The position numbers and the translations under genes are program-made. The notes under the pieces are model-generated. The model worked only from the letters and a program-made list of their open reading frames with translations. It had not been told where the DNA came from and did not search any database. A DNA stretch of 64,000 nucleotides from Epiperipatus broadwayi (lineage: Eukaryota; Animalia; Onychophora): NCBI GenBank assembly GCA_028023455.1, contig JAQFVV010000007.1, forward strand, positions 18,290,001-18,354,000, in the 5' to 3' direction. Below, in pieces: positions 53,481 to 64,000 of this stretch (positions are counted from its first letter, which is position 1; the number at the start of each line of letters is the position of its first letter).

Positions 53481-56007
53481 ACATACCTCATATACACATT
53501 TTGAATAGCTTATAACTGAAATGGTATATATTGAAACATTGCATATCATAGCTTCACTGAAATACATATAATATTATTTATACTCAAACTTATATCAGAT
53601 GACTCTAGAGTATATTAATTATAATGGTTAATTTCTTTTAATGTAGATGTTAAAACCAAAATTATAAAGACCTGTGGTAATTGGTTTTCTGTTTAGCATC
53701 CTTTAACAAAGGATCAAAGCAAAAGCATTTTCAGTTGCTATACAGTTAAGATTACTAATATATTGTGATAACATATTGAGTATATGTATAAGTTAGTGCA
53801 TATACTTTTTAAAATAAAATATAGCTAAAAGAATTTTGAAAGTTAAGATTTCAAAAGATCCCAATTTAAAGTTATACATTTTATAAATGGATACCTGAAG
53901 GGAGCTTCAAGGTCTGTGTTCAAATTTCCTATAATTAAATAATATACTTAAATTGTTTATGTTTTATTAAATAATTTTAAAAATGTCTTTCTGGTAAATC
54001 CTCTTAAATTATTCAACTAAAAAATAAAGAATATATAAAGAACTTTATATACAGACAAAGATATAACATTTGTTTGAATGTTTGTGGTGATGTTTATTTA
54101 CTCATAATTATATGATTGATTATTCCTATCATCTAATTTTAATTATTAAATGTTTATGGACAATCTAACTTCTATTTAAACTTTTTCTAATGCATTCACC
54201 CAAATAATAACACAGACACTAGTATGTAACACAATATTTTGCTAGTAGTATTTTTTTCTCTTTGCCAGATGGTGCTGGCTGATCTGTGACAGTACTCTGG
54301 TCTGATTTCCATGCTAGTACATGGAAATCAGATCAGTGAATTTTAATTTGTAAATATTAAATTGAACACAACCCTGTAATCAATAAGACTATTCTACCAA
54401 AAGTGGCACTCAGTAAAATTTTTATATAGTCATGTATGAGAGTTCTCTTCATTTTTTCATTATATCTAAGAAATAACTTGTGAATGTAAAAGAATGTATA
54501 TTGGTAAAACCATCCAACTTATTGAAAAATGATTGAAAGAGTACAAAGTAATTTATTAGAAGGGAAAATGCAAATGTGTTGGAAGCAGGCTATGCATAAA
54601 TCAATGAACATGAGTTCAATTGAGAAAAGACAAGAATATTGAAAAAAGAAAAAAAGATAAAGAAGATACCCATATGACCATCGCAAATGATTTCTTAACT
54701 CAATCTAATATGATAATTCATAATATTTGGAAACCACAACATTAATCTAATTTTGCATTAAGCAATGGCAAAATCAGAAGGGCTGTCATAGAGAAATATA
54801 TATAACTGCTAAAGATTGTTGCCTTTGACAGAATAGCCTTCTTGGTTAGAGTGTTAGCCGAAATTCAGTATTCATGAATCTACAGATTTGATTCCCATGT
54901 TACTACTGTCCATGGTAAGGCCTGTAACCCTCAAAGAAAGGAGAAGGATAATACTATTTAAAATATTGTGTTGTATACTAACTTTTGTATCATTGCTGAT
55001 AGGTGAATTATTTGATGAATTTGAATAAAGTTTAATTTTTCTAAAAAAAAACATTTAACAATTAAAACTAGCTGAAGGAAGTAGCCCAACATAAGATTAC
55101 AAATAAAGATATGACAGATAATAGATAAATAAAGTGATTACAAATTTGCAAAAGTATAAAAAGATATTTAGCTATTTTTAACTATAAAGTAAAACAAGAA
55201 CAAAAATAATCACTCAAAAATTTTCACAGTAACAGTGAACTAGCTTATTAAGTATTCTCTCTTTTGCTACTCATTAACCTATTTATTATATATTTCAATG
55301 TTGTATTTCTTAATTAAGGTTCTTAACAATATGACTTACTGATTCTGCTTTGATCAGTGTGTAATCATGTTGGAATAGGGCTGATTTATAATTAGGAAAT
55401 ATAGTGCTAAATATTCACATTTAGATAACATTTCGGTCATCATTACAATATTAATATAAATCAAGCATGTACTATATTTATGTGGATTGTTGTCAGTGTT
55501 CTAAAGCAGCTGGCAAAGAAGTTATTCTTGGAATTCATTTATACTTAGGGTATTTTGTCAGTTTTTCCATGTAGCATGACAGCATGATAAAAAATGTATC
55601 GCACATGATGGATGATTGCACTATAATAGACTATTTTCCTGGAAGGATTATTTTAGGCTATTCATTTATCTATATATATATATGTCCGTGTGTGTTATAT
55701 ATAATAAAATTAATATGAAAAAGATATACAGAATTTTATTTAAAGTAGTGTGTTAATCAAGTATGGATTGTCATACATTCTTTTGATAAAAGAATATAAA
55801 AACTCAAATAATCGAGTTTCAGGAGCATTATTAGAAATCAGTATTTTCTGATTGTATAAAAGTTTGCATTTCTGGTAAAATTTGATTTTAAAAATGTAGA
55901 AAGTGAGAATTTAAAAAAAAAATGACAAAGAATTTTTATGGGATAAAATTAATGAAGCCCAGTGTATTAACTGATCATCTACTAATTAATACAATTATAT
56001 AATTGAT

Positions 56008-56577
56008 CAGAGACAAAACTTTCCATTCAGTAGCTACTCAGTGCAAACCAGAGTAATCAATGGATGTAGGAAGGTTTGTGCATAAAATACCTATATAGTG
56101 CCTGCTCATGCAATATCCCTAGACAAGTTTCTAGCTTGTGGCTTTCATCAGTGAGGAGCCTTGGATCTGAGAGCCCTGCACTTAGATTTTAGGATCTAAT
56201 GCAATCCTCCAGCAGTCAGCTTTTATTTTTTTTTTAGATAACTAGCTTTGAGTCCAAAATGAAAACACAATAATGTTTTCAAGCTAAGCTCATTATCTTA
56301 TATAGTCATATAGAATTGAACTCAGTTCAGAATTAATACTTTTTGGTGTCTTTGGTTCATTAATAGCCACAGTCACTATAATCTTATTGAGCAGGATTGG
56401 TATTAAACCATCAGACATCACATGATCACCATTCTTTATGCTTACACATAACCTTCCTGCATCCATTGATTACTCTGGCTTACACTGAGTGGTGCTACTG
56501 TATGGAGAGGTTTGCCTCTGTGAAAACAGCTTGTGTAAGTATAAAGTATGGTGATCATGTGATGTTTGATGGCTTAA
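56008..56577. mobile_element. Hammerhead element (family A), almost a full monomer on - plus a + arm
   Basis: 12 bp TSD tatataattgat at 55996-56007 and 56578-56589. Confidence 0.88.
56108..56166 (-). ncRNA. Type I hammerhead ribozyme copy
   Basis: CUGAUGA A AGC CACAA GCU A GAAA C UU GUC at 56151-56122. Confidence 0.7.
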
Positions 56578-57052
56578 TATATAATTGATGCCATATTTTA
56601 CATTGTAAACAAGTTGCATTAGTAAGCAACTGAAATTCAGTTCTAATTTTGAACACAAAACATGAATACTCTTGAATTTTTATTCACCACTGCGTAAAAG
56701 TTAGTGTATGCACTCTCTTAAATATTATTACTTTAAAACCATTTATTAAAGTATTCTGTGTTTATCCAACTTTTAAAATTTGTGTATCTTTTTTTGAAAA
56801 TATCAAGAAGATAGTAATTAACATATGCATCATAATTTATCAGGTGTATGCAGCTTACTACAGGCATATCTCCACCTTTTTTAAATAAAGATTTTTTTTA
56901 ATTCTTTCAAAAAATGTTTATATTATGACAATAAAAAGTTATCGAAAAATATCTCCAAAATGATCATATTTAAATGCTTTTATTTAATTTAACAAGCAGT
57001 TGTACGAAAATGGAAGAAAAACAAGTTATTTTTAACCATAGTTTTGGTTGCC

Positions 57053-57119
57053 ATATGTAACTTGAAATAAAAGCATGGGACATCCATAATGTTCCATGCT
57101 TTTATTTCAAGTTGCATAT
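57053..57119. other. Near-perfect 67 nt hairpin
   Basis: atatgtaacttgaaataaaagcatgggacat / atgttccatgcttttatttcaagttgcatat with a ccata loop. Confidence 0.85.
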
Positions 57120-59799
57120 TATTGAAACTGCTTGAAGAAGAAAAAAACATTTTAAAATAAAATATTATATATATATTATTAAACCAGTTAACACTTAGAC
57201 AATCCCAATATCAATACAATCAACAATTTCAAACTGTTGTCAAGGCAACCTCGTTTTAACAATTTTTACTTTTCTATATTAGAATATTTTACTAACTTTT
57301 TGTATCCAATTAAAAACTGACCATCAAAACTATTTCACTGTATTGCCAATATTTGAAATTAAATTTGTCACATTAATCATTTATTGTGTTCATGAAGCAG
57401 CGATTAAAAAAAAATCAAGAGAAATTAAGATTTGATCATTTATTTATTTTTTAATACTATTTAAATTAACTATAAATGCTTTTTATTGAATCTATATATA
57501 TCTCCATCTATTGCACATCACTGAAATATTACTGAACCTATATACATCAGTGCAGTTTGGAATTTGGCTTGTCATTATAGTTAGACTGAAAAAATGGCTG
57601 AAGAGTCTTATTTGACAAAACTTATTAAGAGGTTTATTATAAATGTTTTAAGCAGAAAGTTTCTCTGTAATATTCACTGAAACATTGCATGGAAAGCAAT
57701 GACAAATTGCATCAGTTTTTGGAGTTTGTTTCCTATGCTCTTTATTGAAAGTCCTTATGAATTTAATAAAAATCATATATATATATATTTGTGAGGCAAT
57801 ATTGCATCCCATTAACTCCATTTGTAAATTTCCTGATTTTGCATACTATATGAGTGTAACACATTATCGATTATGGAATGGTTGTTTGATATTTATCATA
57901 CTTTGGAAATACAAAGTATCCATATATATTCAAAAATCTATTCTATCCAAACAAAATTTCAAAGATGATCTTCTTTACAATAAACAAATTGGTTTGTATG
58001 CACATTTACAAACAAATTGAAAAAAAAAAAAAAGTATGTTTATTTACATTTTTGGCAGAGTTAAATCTATTTTCTAAAATCTGAAAAATTGATAAATCCA
58101 AAATAGTCTTGGCACCAAGGACTTCAGATTAGTGGATTTTATCTGTCTCAGATTTATACCCTTAAGCAACCATTATTGCAACTGACTCATAGTTTTTAAA
58201 TTTTTATATATCATAATGGTTACAGTTATAGATTTCTAATGAGTGGTTCTTAAAAGCTATGTAAGCATAAAGTCTAAACACCCTTAAGCAATCATTAGGG
58301 TTTCAAATGAGTGTTTCTTAAAAGCTGTGTTCCACTTTGCTTATAATTACTTTTTTGGTAAAAGGTAATAAACTAATTAGAAGAGTTATTTATGAATCCA
58401 GTGCAGACCCTAAAGCATAAAGTAAAATTTTCTTGCTAAATAATTTTGGAAATTTAAATTTTATTATCTTTATTGATATTAAAGGATAACACTTGACATT
58501 CTTCCTTGCTCATAATATATCTGTTAAAAGACAAAAGCACCTCCACACTAATGCCATCTAGTGTAACATTACTTACATATAAAATCTGTGTCATTAGCAT
58601 TTAAATCCCTATTCTCAAATAGATTCTGGCTTTTGCCATTGAAGCTAGGATCTCAGAGTTGTAAGAATGCAGACATGCACCAATCAATGACTTATAACTT
58701 CATATTATCTGTCAAGCAAAAAATTTGAAATTCAAATCAGCCTAACCTAAGTTTGAACCCAAATCAATCTGCTTGAACAGTTATCACTGATTATTCAAGT
58801 TTACACAAAATAGTGTTAGATTTAAGAACCGCTTCTATTGGTTAAGCTGAGAATTGGATGATTTATTAGTAAATTCTTCCATCCTCATTACTTTTATGCC
58901 ATCTAGTGTAAGCTTTAGTAATCAAATGGTGAGAATAGATGAATTTGCTAATGAATAACTATGTGTAAGTTTAAGTCATGTAATATTTTGTTGACCATGT
59001 GATGTCTTATTAAATTTGGTGGTTTGTTATTTTACAAAGTTGTCTCTACTAGTTCTTAAGTGGAAGAATATAGTTTAACTTCTGAAGACTGTTTTTATAG
59101 AATAAAAGTACTGATAAATTTAGGTTATTAAAAAGGTAGTTTTTCAAAAAAGTTGTTAGGTTGATATTATGAGATTTGCTCCTATTATAAAATGATGTAT
59201 TTCCCTCTCTTTGAATCTAATGAATGTAATGAGGTGTTGTTGTTTTTTTTCAATAATTTTAAATGTATTTTTTTGCGAAGTTAAAATTTTATCAGATTTT
59301 AAATCTTCATTTGTCTTAGTATATAATCAATCACTCAATAGATATTCTGTATATTCATTAATAATATATAAATGTACACAATATATTTTACCATATTATA
59401 CTCATGTCTTCTTATTTAAAAAAAAAATGTGGAACAAATTTCACCCAATCCTTTTATAAATTCAACTCTTTATTAAATCATAAATTATTAATAAATTTAT
59501 AATCAAATTATTACTGGAAAAAGTTACAAAATGATATAAAATTATATAGAAACTAGTCCCTACCCTGTATGAGAATAGTGTAGAAAGAAAAATTCATTTT
59601 TGTATAAATTATTCTATTCCATTCTAAATCATGAAATATGAAAGTTCAACATTTTTAACAATATAAAAATAATTGAAATGCCCTCTGGCAATAAATAAGA
59701 CAATAACTTTTATGAAAAAAAACCAGTTCATCTTTTCTCATTATTTCACTTTCTGGTTTAAGGATTTCAGACATCCTTACAAAATTATTTTCTTTACAC

Positions 59800-60960
59800 C
59801 TCTATGCCACCTATTATAAGGTTTAGTAACTAACAGATGCTAGTGATTATTAAATCCCTATCCAGTGTATTGTCCAATCCAACATCCCCAGTTTTAAGTT
59901 TTATGGCTTTCATCAGCGAGGATCTTTAGATTTTGGAACAATGCATTTGGACCTTTAAGATCAAGAACATTTTCCTTCTAGAAACCATTATTTACCTTTC
60001 TTTTTTTACTATCAAGCTATCAGCCCAAATTGAAAAACATATAAATGTTTTCAGTATGAGACAACTTGATTCTATAGTTATATAGATCTGAAACCAGTTT
60101 AGAATCTATATATTATGGCATTCTTAGTTTTTGAATAATTACAGGCACTTTTATCCTGTGGCCAGAATTGGTATAAATCCAATAATAGCCTGATAGTTAA
60201 AAATGAAGGTAAATGTTGACTGCTAAAGTGAAGATGCATTAGATTTTAAAATCCAAATAGACAATTTCAAGATCAAAAGTAGCTCAGCAATGAAACCACA
60301 AGCTTGAAATTAGTCTGGGATAGTGGATATGATAATATTGGATGAAGATTTATTAAGCACCATCATCTGTCACTTATTAGTTACTAAAACTTACAGTAGG
60401 TGGCATAGACATGGGAAGAAAAAATGCTACTGAAGCAGCAGCAAGTTGGTCATGTGATAGAGTCATGTAGTATTTTTATTGGTTTTATACCCATTCTGAT
60501 CATAGTAAAATGGTGAGTATAGTTTTTAAAAAAACTAAGAATACCATAATCCATAGATTCTGATGTGGTTTCAGATCTATAAGACCATATAGGCAAGTTT
60601 TCTTGGATTGAAAACATTTCATATATTTTTCACTTTGGGCTGATTATTTGATAGTTAAAAAGAAAGGTAAATGATAGTTATTGTAAGGAAGACACATTAG
60701 ATCTTAAAGGTTCAAGTGCACTGTTTCAAGATCTAAAAAGCTCTTCACTGATAAAAGCCTTAAGTTTGAAAGTAGTCTGGGAATAGTAGATAACCTGCAG
60801 TGGATAGGGATTTGTTAAGGATTATTATCAGACATGCATTAGTTACTAAAGCATACAGTAAATAACAAAGCTGTGAATAAAAATATGTTGCTGAAACAGC
60901 AGCAATTAAGTTGCAATAATGTGATAGTCATGTGGTCATTTATTGGTATATCCCTATATA
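59800..60960. mobile_element. Older hammerhead element (family B): - arm followed by a tandem + dimer
   Basis: Degenerate cores at ~59916 (-), 60286-60315 (+) and 60748-60777 (+); GUC-to-GUC spacing 462 nt. Confidence 0.7.
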
Positions 60961-62149
60961 AAAAAATGTGGTAATGAAAAATGGACCACTCTTTTCTTGC
61001 AATAATTATTATCTTAAGCTATAGCTAGAGATATTTTATTACATATCCAAACATTTACATAAGTCTTAATCTCAAAGTATTATATATATATAGTTATATA
61101 AAGATTTGAACACAGACTATCAAGCTCCTTTCAACTATCTGTTCTATCTCATATAACCAATACACATGGCAACATACTTGAGAAAAAGATAAATTATCTC
61201 CAATGTATGTATTTTTTGCTGAATCAGCTATTATCAGTTGATCTAGATTATCACCTTCCACACACACACACATATATATAATCAGTGCAACCCTCAAACT
61301 TCAATAGTTAGGTTTCAATGTACTCCACCCTCCAACTCTTCAGCCATCTATACCATTGAAAATCTGATGATGGAATGCTAAAATCCCTTGATGATGCCAA
61401 TATTATTGTCATGCCCTCCTTAAGTCACTCTGACTCCTCACATATAGGACCATATCTATTCAAATATTCAGAAGAGGGATGGGCAGGATATAGACAGAAT
61501 CCATGATATTTGATTGAATACATTGTAACGGTCTGAATTTTTCACCAGAAGGGGGGATTGTATCTCACTATAGTCAGACCTAGGATCTTTGGGTAGGATG
61601 CTGTGAATGATGCAATGGAAGTACCTAACCTATGATTGTATCTATCTCCAATGGGCTAGATCTTAAGTTTACACATTAAATTTAGATACAATTTTGGCTA
61701 GATCATCTATACCTCACCCCTTTTTGGATTCCATTATGCCTCAGTATTCAAACTCAGAAAGAAATATGCCTTCAGCTCTTTTCAGGGGTGAATTTACACT
61801 AGATAGTAACTATGACACCTCTATATAGGTCCCAATTGATTTAAAGATCCATCCATCCATATTACTGTATTATTATATAAGAATGAAAAGTGTGTTTATA
61901 TATCCAGTTATAAGATGATGAACAAATGTATAAATGATTTTGATAAACTAGAGACCAATATAATTTAAAATCAAATTAACAATATTTATTAAATAACAAA
62001 ATACAAATCCAAAACTTTTACGCATGAAAAAATAATATAATTGTACATGTCAAGAATGTATTTCTACCATATCAGCAATAAAATATTTTCACTATTTCAA
62101 TGTAGAAGTACATAGCATGGCACTAATTATTTACAAAGCAAAATAAAAA

Positions 62150-62930
62150 ATATATATTTTATTGAATTGACCATGAAGCTGACTAATTAATTTATAATAT
62201 TGTACAAGTATATCCATAATAGCCTTGTCATCCAATTCCAGTTATTGCTGTTCCATCTTCTTTAGATATCTCCCTATGTACAATTCCCTAAAGTTGATAG
62301 GAAAGGGCATCGACACAAAGAGATGAGTCATTTGTACTGAAAAAATAAAGATAAACAATTGTTAATTAACAATAAAAAATAATACAAACTTTGTCCTGTA
62401 ATAGTGTATGTGCTTGATATGGAATAGTATAAAAAAATCTTACCTCATTCCATATCATGATGATGATCAAATGTCAAGTCACTACAGAGGGAAAGCTGAC
62501 CTAAACTTTATTTAACATAAAAAAAAAATTTTTGTCTAACTTAATTTATTCCCTTCACTTTGTTGCTTTCAATCATAATGGTATCTTCCAAATTCTAGGA
62601 ATGTTTAAACTACCAAATATGGAGATAAAATAGAATTTTTATAAATATATAAAAAAGTAATATATAATAAATCAAAACTTTAATTTGTTCATCTTGGTTA
62701 ATGTCCATGAGTTTACCAATAATGTCTCTTATGGATACAGTCTATCTTTCTTTGGATCATCTTTTCTCAGTAAGTCATTCATCACCTGCAAAAATTCCTT
62801 GGCAATATGCTTGAAAATGATGTTGCTTCCATTTTCTGCAATTTCTTCCCTTCTGAATCTATTTAGACACTTAGTATAGGACATTTGATATTTCCTTAGG
62901 CATTATATAGACAAGTAGATTAAATCATCA
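62150..62930 (-). pseudogene. Probable decayed multi-exon gene fragment, product unknown
   Basis: 57 nt exon 62500-62444 (gtttag / GAG|gtaaga) and acceptor ttttttcag before 62336. One frame reads QLSLCSDLTFDHHHDME*VQMTHLFVSMPFPINFRELYIGRYLKKMEQQ*LELDDKAIMDILVQYY. Confidence 0.4.
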
Positions 62931-64000
62931 TGCTTCTATGGTAGGACTGTAGCAATTCACTCCTATGGTTAGAATACATTGCACAGCAGTTCATAAAAGA
63001 TTTACTTGTTCTTAATTTACTATTTGGCATTTAATGGCTTAAATAAAAAAGTTACTTCATCATTTATATATATATGCTAGTCATGTTTTATTTCTTTTTT
63101 CTCCATGTTTAAATAATAGCACAGTTTTTATTTTTAAATTTTCAATTTAAAATCACTTCAGTTTTTTTTGTCAAACCATACAAATTTATCAAACTTTTCT
63201 TTGTTTAAGTGTAGGTTGTCATGTCTTATAATTTTGTGCTATAAAGATTATATGAATAATTTGAAATGTTCAAACAAGTCATCCATATTCTCTTGGATTC
63301 AAACATTCAATCTTTAAAAGGTGGCTTTGTACTTGTATCATTTGAAAAATAACAACATGACTGAAATGAACTAGGTTTGCTTTTATATCCTGCTTAGTTT
63401 CCAGTGTTTAATATACCAGGATTTCCAGTTCCTTTTCTATTGCTGTAGCTGTGTATTGTTGCACATATTATATTGATCAATTAAAAAATAAAGTTAGGTA
63501 ATAGAGATCTACTTTCTTGATTGCCTAATGATTGACTTAACATTGGGTCATTGCTATGTTTACCTTCTGAATGGAATTCATAATTGATTTATTAATTTTT
63601 TAAACTTAACAAGTAACACATATTTGGTAAAATAAAATTGGAAAAAACAAACAAATACTTGGAGGCCCCTGTAACTGTATAATTAAAAAAAAGGCTGTCA
63701 AGCTTGGTAAACACAGGTTAATACACAAATACTCAATGAACTAAATAGCATAACATTTGCAAAGTTTCATAAACTGTTCTTAAATATTATTACATATATC
63801 ATGTGCATGGGTTCAAGATCATGACTAGTTGCATGTTTGTACATGATTAAATCAAGTTTTATTAATAACATGATAAAGATGTGTGATATTTGACAGTAAA
63901 ATATATCTGTGAGATCAGCATTGATATAAATATTTATGCCTTGACAATAGCAGTATTGTTTGTAATGATTTTTACAAATATTTGCAAAGCCAACTAAGTG

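Noticed and set aside
54268-54296. Candidate next SAM exon (DGAG after a strong acceptor)
   Set aside because: Stop codons follow quickly in all frames and the expected FxxxxI residues are missing.
62444-62447. In-frame TGA as selenocysteine
   Set aside because: A second in-frame stop (TAA) follows in the next exon, there is no redox motif and I found no SECIS; decay is simpler.

Overview
AT-rich, CpG-depleted invertebrate (probably arthropod) nuclear DNA. One + strand protein-coding gene is visible: two in-frame exons (18069-18561 and 43034-43844) of a SAM-domain corepressor-like protein (Samuel/Moses or SAMD11-like), joined across a 24.5 kb intron, with a GC donor inside the SAM domain. 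The rest is mostly retroelement and transposon debris: a full-length RTE-clade LINE, 5'-inverted RTE copies, Penelope-like, mariner and other LINE remnants, a (AAT)141 microsatellite and a probable pseudogene near the right end. The main result is two self-cleaving ribozyme systems found by manual folding. (1) A dispersed non-coding element with a ~450 nt circularly permuted monomer carries a type I hammerhead ribozyme. It occurs at about 10 loci (about 15 ribozyme cores), almost always as head-to-head inverted arms, and six loci have 9-15 bp target-site duplications. The arms at one locus share private variants, as expected if a circular or multimeric RNA were reverse-transcribed with twin priming (retrozyme-like). 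(2) A CPEB3/HDV-like ribozyme starts exactly at the first base of the full-length RTE LINE. All structures were derived by eye; no database search or folding program was run.
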